Source: Malacoraja senta
Lineage: Eukaryota
DNA: 64,000 nt
Direction: 5' to 3'
NCBI GenBank assembly: GCA_038087875.1
Contig: CM075990.1
Coordinates: 6,574,001-6,638,000 of the forward strand
Under the pieces are notes generated by a model. It saw nothing but the letters and a program-made list of their open reading frames with translations, had not been told where the DNA came from and searched no databases. This document shows positions 26,504-38,900 of the stretch, one piece after another. Every line of letters begins with the position of its first letter. The stretch's first letter is position 1. Both the position numbers and the translations under genes were made by a program.

Positions 26504-28899
26504 AAAAAACACAATAATATTGCAATAATAACAAAAATAGTTTATGTAGTTCAGAGTTTATATGAGGTTTTAGTGTTCAATAGCCGAATGGCTGTAGGGA
26601 GGAAGCTGTTCCTGAACCTGGTCTTTACAGTTTTCAGGCTCCTGATGGCAGGGGTGAAATGAGTGTGTGGCCAGGGTGGTGTGGTCATCAAATCGGGTCA
26701 CCTGCTATTTAAACTGGGAAATTAAAGATGATAATATCCATACACAGTATTCAACTGAGATTTTACAGAATGGATGTTTAAGAAGGAACTGCAGATGCTG
26801 GAAAATCGAAGGTAGACAAAAATGCTGGAGAAACTCAGCGGGTGAGGCAGCATCTATGGAGCGAAGGAAATAGGCAACATTTCGGGCCGAAACCCTTCTT
26901 CTGACAGAATAGAGTGTGGATAAAGAAATAGGGAATAGCATATTTCAAATCAACTGGGGCAAGTTGGGTTCATGTTGCAAGCCTCTCCATAGTTTAGCCG
27001 GCTACATACTCCAGTGTGTTACAGATATTCCACTTACCAAGCCCTGTCCTTTCTTCTTTTAAGGAGGCTCCTTTAAATCTACATCTTGTGCTATGCTTGC
27101 GATAATCGTTTCTGTCTGATGCCACAGTGAAGTCAAGTAGTTTTTCTTGGATGCTGTACTGTAGAATTGGGCTTGTAGATGGGCCATAATTGCAGGGCAT
27201 GGTTTAGTTCAGGTTGGTTTAGTTTATTGTTACATGTCCCGAGGTACAGTGAAAAGCTTTTTTTGTTGCGTGCTAACCAGTCAGCGGAAAGACTATACAT
27301 GCTTACAATTGAGCCATCCATGGTGATACAGGATAAAGGGAATAATGTATAGTTGAAGATAAAGTCCAGTAAAGTCCAATTAAAAATAGTCTGAGGGTCT
27401 GTAATGAGGCATCTAAAGGTCTCCAAGTCTCCTTGGAAATGTATGCTCAATTAACTAAACAGATATGGAATTATATATGGCACAATGGTGCAGCGATAGA
27501 ATTGCTGCCTTATAGTCCCAGAGACTCAGGTTCCATCCTGACAACGGGTGCTGTTGGCTCTCCCCGTGATCGCGTGGATTTTCTCCGCTTGCTCCGGTTT
27601 CCTCACACACTCCAAAGGCGTGCAGGTTTGTAGGTTAATTGGCTTTTATACATTTTTAATTGTCCTGAATGTATACGCCAATGCTGGTGTACGGGGTGAT
27701 TGCTGGTCGGCACGGACTGGGTGGGCCGATGGGCCTGTTTCCACGCTGCAGTCTAGAGTCTACAAATGGGAAGTGAGCTCATCGGTGTTACCCGGTGCAG
27801 CCTACATGTGACTCCTGACTCAAACCCACTCGGATAATTCACGCTTCTCTTTTAAAATGGCCCGGCAAAATAGTGCATCAATAGGCATACGGGCTATTGC
27901 TGCCCCAGAAGCAACTGGCAATGGGCACTCGGCGGTGGGCGTATGGAGCAAGCTGCCAGAGGAAGTAGTTGAGGCTGGGACTATCCCAACATTTAAGAAC
28001 AGTTAGGCAGGTGCATGGATAGGACAGATTTGGAGGCAGGTGGGACTGGTGTAGCTGGGACATGTTGGCAGGTGTGGGCAAGTTGGGCCGAACGGCCTGT
28101 TTCCACACTGTATCACTCTATGAATCTAATAAATGCCAGCTTTGCAAAGTATAAAAAACAATCACGGGCTTGTACGATTGCAGGTGGGTTGGTTGTCAGT
28201 GAGTTCAGTATCCTGAATGAGACGAGATAAGGGAATGACTTCACACACTGTTTGTGGCCTGAGCTGATGATATTACAATGTTTTCAGCTCTGCACAGCGA
28301 CCTCTGACCATTCTTAGATCTTGAATAAGACCATAAGGACTAGAAGGGTTTGGTGAGTTGGCCATCTGACCACTGTTCCTCACCCACCATTCAATGACTA
28401 TTTATTAAAGCTTTTGTCTCCACTTCTAATGTGTTCACTGTTACTGCTGTTGCCGCCACCATTGTTGCTCCTGCATTTAATAAAACAACTTGCGTATATA
28501 TTTCTTTTGGACATGTGTTCAGTCAACTTTAAGTATTCTTAAACAAAGAACTGTTCACTCATTCAAGTTCAGTTTTAGTGCTTGTTTTGAACAGGTTTCC
28601 ATCACATTCCTAATGGGCTGTTTCAAATAAATGTTAGTCCATAAATTTAAACATGTTAAAGATCATTTTAAAATGGCAAAGATAATAATTTGATGGAAGC
28701 ACTTGGGAATAGAATCTCAACTGTTACGTTGTTAAAGCAGAGTTCAGGCAAGGAAATAAATGGCACTTTCAATGAAAGTGGTCACAATGTAGCTTAATAA
28801 TTGGAATATTATAATTGATGATTTAATTTAAAAGCTCGAGACATGTACTTGGTTAAGCAGGTTAATTTTCTCTGAAAACAGTGATATATTTTGGTTTAG

Positions 28900-29129
28900 A
28901 GAAAAATGCTGGAGAAACTCAGCGGGTGAGGCAGCATCTATGGAGCGAAGGAAATAGGCAACATTTCGGGTCGAAACCCTTCTTCAGGAAAGGAAACATC
29001 AGTCTGAAGAAGGGTTTCGGCCCGAAACGTTGCCTATTTCCTTAGCTCCATAGATGCTGCCTCACCCGCTGAGTTTCTCCAGCATTTTTGTCTACCTTCG
29101 ATTTTCCAGCATCTGTAGTTCCTTCTTAA
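28900..29129. mobile_element. Penelope-like fold-back (inverted terminal repeat) insertion
   Basis: Inverted arms of about 85 bp around a short spacer. 16-bp TSD atatatttt(g/a)gtttag at 28884-28899 and 29130-29145. Confidence 0.8.
29001..29034 (+). ncRNA. Minimal type-I hammerhead ribozyme-like core (Penelope-associated)
   Basis: CUGAAGA (29004-29010), stem II gggtttcggccc, then GAAACGUU (29024-29031). Matches the CUGANGA...GAAA...UH core. Confidence 0.6.
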
Positions 29130-29145
29130 ATATATTTTAGTTTAG

Positions 29146-29458
29146 TTCAGTTTAGTTTAGAGATGCAGCGCAGAAACAAGCCCTTTGTCCAGGCGAGATC
29201 GCATTGACCACCATCCTCGTACACTAACACGATCCTACACACACTAGGGACAGTTTACAATTTTTACTGAAGCCAATACTGAAGCCTACAAACCTGTACA
29301 TCTTTAGAGTGTGGGAGGAAACCAGAGCATCCGCGGGAAACCAACACCGTCACGGGAAGAACGTACAAACTCCGTACAGAAAGCACCCATAGTCAGGATT
29401 GAAACCAGGTCTCTGGCTCTGTAAGGCAGCATCTCTACCGATGTGCCACCGTGCCAAC
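29146..29458 (-). mobile_element. HE1-like SINE
   Basis: Reverse-complement SINE with (TTTAG)n tail and head ctctaccgatgtgccaccgtgcc. Confidence 0.85.
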
Positions 29459-30421
29459 CCATATATTAAGTTTGCACAAACATTAGCCAACTGGAACAGA
29501 TTTAGTAGCCAATCTTGAGGCACGGTCGTATGGGAGGCATAGATAGGGTAGACAGGCAGAAGCTTTTTCTTGACGTGAAAATATCAAAGACGAGAGAGCA
29601 TTAAAGTGAGAGGTACAAAGTTTAAAGGGGATGTGCAGGACAAATTATTTTACACAGAGAATGGTGGGCGTCTAGAACGTGCCAGGGGTGGTGGTGGAGG
29701 CATGTCTGGAAGGGACCTTTAAGAGGCTTTTTGATAGGCATGATATGCACGGAATGGAGGGATACGGATTATATGCAGGCCGAGGAGATTAGTTTGAACT
29801 TGGCATCAAGTTTGGCACAGACAATGTGGAATGAGGAGGCTGTTCCCGTGCTGTACTACTCTATGTTCTATGTTCCAAATGTGTATGCCATTGCGAACCC
29901 CAACTTCATCAGTAAGTGTGTAGAGGACTGCATGCCAGGGCTGCTGATCCGAATGTTCCCCGAGCCGAAACCACGGATGAACTGCGAAAGTCGCTCAGTA
30001 CTGACGTGCACATCTGAGGCATTGATGTCAGGTCCTGGCCTGCACAGGAAACTTCGGTGACCTTTGCAGGAATGCCAAGGGACAATTCCAGGCCAAGCTA
30101 GAGTCGCCGACTAACCACACACACACTGGCGAATGTGGCCAGGCTTGAATCCTAGTCCGAGTTACCAAGCAACGTCGGGCAGAATCACTGGCACTGAGCT
30201 CAAAATATTCTCTGTTCAGTTTGAACAGGAGGTCAGAGGAATGACGACACAGCAACCTCGCTCTCAATGTCCGCAAAAGTGGTCGTCGACTTCAGAGAGT
30301 GGGGTGCTCAGTCTGTATCAATGGTGCTGAAGTAGAGATGATCGAGAACTTCGAGTTCCTAAGTGTAAATCTCACCAATAATTTGTCCTAGTTCAACCAA
30401 ATTTATGCTACGGCCAAAAAA

Positions 30422-30690
30422 GCACGTAGGTGGCGCAGCGGTTGAGTTGCTGCCTTACAGCGCCAGAGACCTGGGTTCGATCCTGACTACGGGTGCTGTA
30501 TGTACAGAGTTTGTACGTTCTCCCTCTGACCGCGTGGGATTTCCTCACACATTCCAAAAACATAGATTTGTTGGCTAATTGGCTTTGGGGTAAAATTGTA
30601 AATTGTCCCTTGTGCGTAGGATAGTGTAAGTGTGCGGGGATCGCTGGTCAGCACGGACTCGATGGGCCGAAGGGCCTGTTTCCACGCTGT
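30422..30690 (+). mobile_element. HE1-like SINE
   Basis: ggtggcgcagcgg head, gggttcgatcc B-box, and gggccgaagggcctgtttcc 3' part. Confidence 0.85.
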
Positions 30691-32287
30691 AATGAAGCTC
30701 TCTATCTCCCTTCAATTTTCAGTCTGAAGAAAGGTCCCGACCCGAAATGTCACCCATTCTTTTTCTCCAGGGATGCTGCCGGACCCGGTGAGTTACTCCA
30801 GCACTTTGTGTCTATCTGCAGTGCCATTGTGCTTTCTATCCATCTTAGGCAGTGTGATGCATTGCCAACCAATGCTCTCTGATAACCTTTACTTTCCTCT
30901 TTGCAAGCACATGTTACTGAACACATTTTACATGAGCAAGCTGAGTGAAAGTCCATTAACTGTTAAAATAAGCCTAGACATCAGCCGTGTGGGTAGTGTG
31001 GTTGGCGGGTTGTGGGTTGAGAACCACTGGGTTGGCAGCTCCACTGATACAGGACGGAGGACTGAAGAACTAAACACTAACGTTCACCAATTCCTTCCAG
31101 TACAAGTGGCTCCTCTCACTCTCTCTCCCTGTGTGGTCATGCCTGTGGGCGGCAGGTCATGAGATGTGGGATGACGACTCTGTTTCGCTTAAACCACTCA
31201 CTACTGTTCCAATGAAGTTAGACTTCCTGGTGTACTGATACAGTCCATCTTCTGCTAAGATATGACACGGCATGCTGGAATAACACAGCGGGTCAGGCAG
31301 CATCCCCGGAGAACATGGACAGGTGATGATCCAGGTAGGGACCCTTCTCCATGAATACTGCCTGACCCGCTGAGTTATCCAGCGTTTTGTGTCTTTCCTT
31401 GGTAAACCAGTATCTCCAATTAACTTATTTCTACATTTTGTTCAGCTAAGATATGATTGACTAACTGACCACTGTGTGATCCATGATTAAGAAAGAACTG
31501 CAGATGCAGGAACAATCAAAGGTAGACAAGAAATGCTGGAGAAACTCAGCAGGTGAGGCAGCATCTATGGAGAGAAGGAATAGGCGACGTTTCGGGTCGA
31601 GACCCTTCTTCATACTGATGTCTGGGGGCGGGAAAGAGAAAGGAAGTAGGCGGAGACAGTAGGACTTGTGGGAGAACTGGGAAGGAGGAGGGGAAGGAGG
31701 GAGAAAGCAAGGCCTATCTAAAATTAGAGTGGTCAATGTTCATACCGCTGGGGTGTAAACTACCCAAGCAAAATATGAGGTGCTGCTCCAATTTGCGCTG
31801 GGCCTCACTCTGACAATGGAGGAGTGCATTAGGGTGCAAAGTTCCTTGTTTCCTTCAATCTCATGGAGTAAACAGTGTAAGTGGTGAGCAACAGGAGAAA
31901 TGTTGGCACTCCGTGGCCCCACTGTTTTTTAGCCGTGGAGAGAAGCAGCGCCGCTCGGCGAGGCCGTGGACCTGCGTTGTGTGTGGCCATGATCCGCTCG
32001 ATACGGGAGCAACTGGGGTTTGACCCGCCACATCAGAGTCCCACAAGGACAATTTTGTTTCCAATCAGTTCCCTGAGTACAGTCCTTTTGTTCAGCAGAA
32101 GTTTCCAGACAATAGGATAATATCGTCCAAGTACACGCTAGGGAATTTTATACCCAAAAATGTATTTGAATCACTATCCTACACACTAGGGACAATTTAC
32201 AATTTCACCGCAAAGCCAATTAGCCGACAAATCTATGTTTTTGGAATGTGTGAGGAAATCCCATGTGGTCACAGGCCCTTCAGCCCA

Positions 32288-32465
32288 TCCCAAATGCTCC
32301 TTCTCCACTTGAATAGTCACTGGCTGTAGGTTCCCGGGAATCAGCCAGAATGTTGCATTTATTCAGTGGGGATTGGAACACATCCTTGAAGCTTTTCTTC
32401 TGTCCACCTGGCAATCTCTTCCGGTGACACAGTTTGGAACAGAGTATCTGTTTTGGGTGTTTATG
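32288..32465 (-). mobile_element. RTE/BovB-like LINE fragment
   Basis: My translation of the minus strand gives PKQILCSKLCHRKRLPGGQKKSFKDVF, resembling the RTE ORF C-terminal PKQ..GKR..GGQKKRFKD motif. Confidence 0.6.
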
Positions 32466-33001
32466 ATGTTTATGGTGGGCAGTGTGTCAGGCAACATCAG
32501 CTGGTCACCGCTGTAACTCAGCGGGTCAGGCAACATCTCTGGAGAAAAAGGATGGGTGACGTTTCAGGTTGGGACCCTCCTTCAGCGTTTCTGGTAAAGG
32601 GTTCTGACCCAAAACATCACCCATCCGTTTTCTCCAGATGTGCTGCATGACCGGCTGAGTTACCCCAGCACTTTGTGTCTATCTTTGGTGTAAACCAGCA
32701 TCTGCAGTTCCCTTCTACGCATTCCACTTGAATATGTCTTCTAGGCAATCCATGCATTCCCTCTCTCTCTGGTCTCACTGAGGAACTTGATATATATATA
32801 TCATGTTTACATGTGATAGTGGGGAAAATTTAATATCATGGAATACTTCTTTGAATATCCTACTTTGAGTATCTATACACTGTAACGGAATCAATTGTAA
32901 TCATGTATTGTCTTTCTGCTGACTGGTTAGCACGCAACAAAAAAGCTTTTCATTGTACCTCGGTACACATGACAATAAACGTAACTGAACTGAACTTATC
33001 C

Positions 33002-33036
33002 TTTCTGAAGAAGGGTTTCGGCCCGAAACGTTACCT
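33002..33036 (+). ncRNA. Minimal hammerhead ribozyme-like core (Penelope-associated)
   Basis: CUGAAGA at 33005-33011, stem II gggtttcggccc, and GAAACGUUA at 33025-33033. Confidence 0.6.
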
Positions 33037-33714
33037 ATTTCCTTCGCTCCATAGATGCTGCTGCACCCGCTGAGTTTCTCCAGCATTTTTGTGTACCTTA
33101 TCCTTTCTTTATGTGTCTTGTTATGGGGGGGGGGGGGGGGTGGGAAAGGGAGACGTGGTTGATGGAGGGGGGCTGGAGAGATACTGAGTGAGAGCATTGA
33201 GTATCATTGTCTCATGGCCATCCAACTCACCTCTTCACTGATATCTGCCGTGGAAGCCGCTGGACTTTTCAGAGATGCTTTCCAAGACGGTTTAATCCTT
33301 CTAGGATGACTGGGGAAATCCCTATGAAGACTGCAGAGGCAATGGGTGGGCATCTAATTGTACCATTGTTTTATGTCTGATGGTTGTGTCATTCACTAAT
33401 TCCATCGCTTTGCTGGTGATTGGGGATGGACTGATTTGGTGGTAATTCATTGCATTGGATTTGTCCTGCTCCAGTGAAGAGAACTTCCAGGGCACTTTAG
33501 TTTAGTTTAGAGATACAGCACGGAAACTCTGTACCGACAGCACCCGTAGTCAGGATCGAACCCGGGTCTCTGGCACTGTAAGGCAGAAACTCCATCGTGC
33601 TGCACCTATCCACACATCCCCATGCTTTGATGAAGACCAATATCGTTACTGTACTGGAAAAGCTTGTTTGGAGAAGCAGCTCTTTTTTGAATGCGGGTTC
33701 ACTATAATTTAGTT

Positions 33715-34330
33715 TTCTTTAGTTTACAGCATGGAAAACAGGCCCTTCAGCCCACGCTGACCATTAATTGCCCATTCATACTATTTCTGTGTTATCCCAC
33801 TTTCTCTACATATTAGCAGCAATTTCTAGAGGCCAATTAACCGACAGACCCGCATGTCTTTGGGATCTGGATGGCACTATGGTGCAGCTGGTAGAGTTGC
33901 TACCTCACTGCGCCAGAGACCCGGGTTTGATCCTAACCTTGGGTTCTGTCTGTGTGGAGTTCGCACATTCTCTCTGTGACCACATGGGTTTTCTCCAGGT
34001 GCTCTGGTTTCCACCCGCATCCCAAAGATGTGCGGGTTTCTAGGTTAATTGGCCTCTGTAAACGGCTCCTAGTGTGTAGGGAGTGGATGAGAAAGTAGGA
34101 TAACAGAGAACTAGTGTGAATGGGTGATCGATGGCCAGCGGGGGCTCGGTGGATCCAAGGGCCTGTTACCACGCTGCATCTTTAAATGATTAGCAAACCA
34201 GAGCACCCGGAGGACATCCATGCGGTCACAGGGGGAACGTGCAAACTTCACAAGGACAGCACCCGAGGTCAGGATTGAACCTGGATCTCTGACGCTGTAA
34301 GGCAGTGGCTCTACCAGCTGTGCCACTGTG
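33715..34330. mobile_element. Nested HE1-like SINEs (plus-strand copy at about 33870-34165 inside a minus-strand copy)
   Basis: Minus-strand tail at about 33715-33868 and head at about 34195-34330 surround a complete plus-strand SINE. Confidence 0.75.
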
Positions 34331-35055
34331 AGTGGTACATTCACTATAGGTGGGCTGCTGCCTGGTCCACAGCCTTTGGTGTGTCCAGCTCTCTCCACTG
34401 CTTCGTCAAATCAAGTGGAGTGAATCAAGTTGTCCGGGGACTGACTCTGTGATGGAGGAGCTCTCAGGAGGGAACTGCGAAAGACCATCTATCCACCATT
34501 TCTGAAAGTACATCTTGCGCCAGGGAAACATGAGGTATCCAAGTGAGAGAAGACTCAAGCGTTGAAATTGCTTTTTTGTCAGGGATCCACAAAGAAGATC
34601 AAAGAGGTTCCGGTTCACCAGATGTTTACAGGAACAGGCAGTCATTTGAATTTCATATTCTGTGGGTTAAATCTGTGGCAGCTGCCAAACGTAATTAGGT
34701 TGTCAAATCCTCAGCTATTTGGCAGATTTGAAGACCGTTTTATTCAGCATGAAATAAAGACATCTTGATGGAATCAAAATTCTTGAACATGCCTCCGTTT
34801 TACCCACTGAATTAATGGGGCTGAACCTCTGCCGAGATTAGGATGGATATTCTGTCAGAGAGGCGTGTAACAGGACACATACCAACCTGGAGTGGAGTTC
34901 AGCCTTCCTCGCAGCTGAGCGCTGGTGGGTTCCTCATGAATGTGCCAAATTCCCACCCGGAGATCGGGTAAATGTTCACCTGAACCCACCTCGGGTTAAG
35001 CTGGCACAAATAGACCAGGACTGGGAAAGGGATGGAAGTGATCAGCTGCCACAGT

Positions 35056-35196
35056 CGGGGTGGGAGATTGCAACCTTCACCTGGTCCGCCCTGTTTCGAC
35101 GAATGCAATCAAACCTGGCGTGCACAATCAAATAAGATCAAATAGAACAAGTTGTCCTACAACCTTAGGCTGTGCACGCCATACGCAAGAAGAAGA
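35056..35196 (+). mobile_element. Short (AAG)n-tailed non-LTR element, copy 3
   Basis: Perfect 12-bp TSD agctgccacagt at 35044-35055 and 35197-35208. Confidence 0.85.
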
Positions 35197-35264
35197 AGCT
35201 GCCACAGTGAAGACATGAAGAGCTTATTGTTTGATTGGGTTGTGTCAGTTTATATACTTTTAAA

Positions 35265-35630
35265 TGGTACATAAATATAAAATCACGAGAGGAATAGATC
35301 GGGTAGATGCACATACTCTCTTGCCCAGAGTAAGGAAATCGAGGACCAGAGGACATAGCTTTAAGTTGAAGGGCAAAGATTAATAGGAATTTGAGCGGTA
35401 ACTTTTTCACATAGAGATGGTGGGTGTATGGAACGGGCTGCCGGAGGAGGTAGTTGAGGCAGGGACTATTGCAATGTTTAAGAAACAATGAGACAGGTAC
35501 ATGGGTAGGACAGGTATAGAGGGATTATGGGCCACACGCAGGCAGGTGGAACTAGAGTAGCTGGGACATGTTGGCTGGTGTGGGCAAGTTCGGCCAAAGG
35601 CCCTATTGCCATGCTGTATCACTATGACTC
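35265..35630 (+). mobile_element. CR1/HER1-type LINE 3' fragment
   Basis: Homologous to 18243-18615 (gaggaatagatcgggtagatgcac...ctgtatcactatgactc). Confidence 0.85.
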
Positions 35631-35756
35631 TGTGAGTTATATCATTGTGTGTGTATATACAGTATGTGTCCATGCTAACGTGAGCGTATGCCTGTATATG
35701 TGGCAATATGTGTGTATGTGTATGTACGTCTAATTCTCGCACGTGTCTACATCTGG

Positions 35757-35761
35757 TTGTG

Positions 35762-35829
<68 letters not shown>

Positions 35830-35856
35830 TGTGTGTGTGTATGTATGTGTGTGTGT

Positions 35857-35901
<45 letters not shown>

Positions 35902-35968
35902 TGTGTATGTGTGTATGTGTGTGTGTGTGTATGTGTGTGTATGTGTGTGTATGTGTGTGTGTGTGTGT
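35757..35968. repeat. (TG)n/(TA) compound microsatellite
   Basis: TG run with periodic TA interruptions. Confidence 0.97.
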
Positions 35969-38900
35969 GCACATACATGTGCAAATTTAGTTTAGATTGG
36001 AGATATAGCATGGAACCAGGCCCTTCAGCCCACTGCGCCTAAGTGAACCATTGAGCAACTGTACACACTAGTTCTACTGGTGTGCTGGTAATTGAAACAT
36101 GTTCAATTTGGCTTATAAGTCCTCAGCAAATGAAAGAGCCCACAGCTGTACGCGACAGGATCTTGAACACGTTCAGGCATGGACTGAGAAATGGCAAGTA
36201 ACATACATGCCATAAAGTCCCAGGCAAGACCATTTCCTTCATGGGAGAGTCTAACCACCTATTCGTAACATTACCATCTCCATGCTCCACGCCATCAACA
36301 TCTGGGACATCACCACTGACCAGAATCTCAACTTGTCCAGCCACATAAAGTGCCATGACTACAAGAGCAGGTCAGGGCCTGAATATATTCTACAGTGAGC
36401 AAGTTATCTGACACAGTTGTGCATTTTCATTATTGAACAAGACACAAAGTGCTGGAGTAACTCAACGGGTCAGGCAGTATCGCTGGAGAACATGGATAGG
36501 TGATGTTTTGTGCTGGGACCCTTCTTCAGACAGTTCACCTCAAATGTCACCTTTCCATGTTCTCCAGAGATGCTGCCTGACCCATTGGGTTACTCCAGCA
36601 CTTTGTGCCTTCTATTATAAACCAGCACCTGCAGTTCCTTGTTTCTGCATTTTTATTCTTTCAGCTTTTAACTTTATTTTTAATGGAGAAACTAGGAACT
36701 GCAGATGCTGGTTTACCAAACGAGACTGAGTGCTAGCTGGAGTAATTCAATGGGTAGAGGAAGCATCTCTGGAGAACGTGGATAGATGGTGTTTTTGGTT
36801 GGGACCCTTCTTCAGAATTGATGGGTCGCGACCCTTAATCAGTCTGAAGAAGGGTCCCAAACAAAAACGTCGCCTAGGCATATCCTTCAGAGATGCTGCC
36901 TGACCCACTGAGTTGCTCCAACACTTTGGAATTTTTGTTCACATTACTTCTGCCTGTTAATAAGTCCTGGGATTGTTTTGGTGTCAGTAAATGTCCGAGG
37001 CAGCTGGCCAACTGTGCCGACAGTGGTCCCAGACTGCCCAGGGTCTGGCTGGTGAACTGGGACCTGCTCCCAGTGGAAGAATATTGCTCTGGATCATGTT
37101 GGGAGATGTAGTTGGCTGGAGGTCAGGCAGCTGAGGACCGTTGGCTCAGCAATGATCCTGCCCCACTGATTTGTCATTCTAGATGAGAACCCTTTCTATA
37201 GTTTGGACTACAACCTCTTCCACACCATGAACCCTGCTCCTTTCAGAAGGTGTGATTATTTCTCTATTGAAGGGGACATTGGAATGACTTGGATTGTTTT
37301 CCATGGAATGCCGGAAGTTGAGGGGAGACCCGATAGAAGTATATAATGTTATGAGAGGCACAGATAAGGTAGACAGTCAAAACCTTTCCCCAGGGTGAAA
37401 ATATGAAAGACAAGAGGGCACATCTTTAAGGTGAAAGGGACAAAGTTTAAAGAAGATAAACTTACTTGTGGCAGCTGCCTAGAACTCTGTCGGGGATGGT
37501 AGTGAAGATTGATCGATAGTCACATTAAAGAGGTTATTAGATAGGCCATAGATATGGAAAGATATAGATCTTGTGCAAGTAGGTGAGATTAGTCTATCTT
37601 GGTATCGTGGTCGGCATAGATATTGTGGGCTGAAGGGCCTGTTCCAGTGGTGTACTGTTGATTTGCAGGCAATGGGAGGATATGGATCTTGTGCAGATAG
37701 TTTACACGGGTTGTTGATTGGGGACGATCAGCCATGATCGCAATGAATGGTGGTGCTGGCTCGAAGGGCCGAATGGCCTCCTCCTGCACCTATTTTCTAT
37801 GTTTCTAGATGCGATTAGTTTTTTCTTGACATCGTGGTCGGCATAGATATTGTGGGCTGAAGGGCCTGGTCAAGTGCTGAACTGTTCTATGATCTGTGTA
37901 AGCAAATAGTTCTGTGGCAGAATTGCTCCTTTACAAGGCCTTTCCTGAATTATCCAGAAGTTATCAATCAATGGAAAGATAGAATTTAATTTACCAGCTG
38001 GTTATAGTTGAAGATATTCCTTCTAAATAGAGGAATGGCAACACCATTAACCTTGTGACGTTTGCTTCTAGATTTAGATCCTTTTATCTACTACTGCGGC
38101 AACCATCAAGGGAAGTCCCCGGCTCTCTTCATGGAAGCTTACAGTCATTGTTTAGTGTACAGGCCCTGGCCCCAGGAGGTCCACAACACCTCATCCTGCC
38201 TTGAAAGCTTCCTATTTACAATGACCATCTGTTTCTTATCATCTCCGTAGATCTTTGCTGCTTCCACTTTATTCCCCAAGCACTCACCTTTGCTACTACT
38301 CTCTTGTGAATTATTCCACCGAGTGCTTTTGAAAACTGAGATGAAAAATATCTTCTGGCTTGCTACCGTTCATCACAACCTCAATGGATTTATAAGGCAC
38401 GATCCTCCACTTATAAATCCGTATTGGTTTTCCGTGGTCATATTTACTTGCGATAAACGATCCTGAATTATGTCCCCGATAATCTTCTCAACTATTTTTA
38501 TGACTGGGCTAAGCAGCCTGCGATTTCTGACTTTCCTTTAAAGTTGGCACAGCGAGAACCTTTCTCTCCTGGTTTCAATGAGCTACTGTATATTTCCACC
38601 AATGCTTAACTTCCCAGGGGATTGCGAAGAGATATTTGAGAGCATTCAAAAAATATTTACTGGGGTTACGATGATTTGAGATATGTGGGCCTTATGAGAA
38701 GAGACAGCTTTGCTACTTGAAAGCACAAAAAGCAGAATACTGGAAGAACCAGACTGGCAAGTGCAAAGACAGTGCTAATTTGTCATGATTTTAAGTGTCT
38801 GGTGAATCGTTAACAATTTTAATCAGCTCCGTGTTACATTTAACCTAGTCTTGGAGTTGAGAACCGTGATAATGAAGAGACTAGGCGATTATTTTTAATG

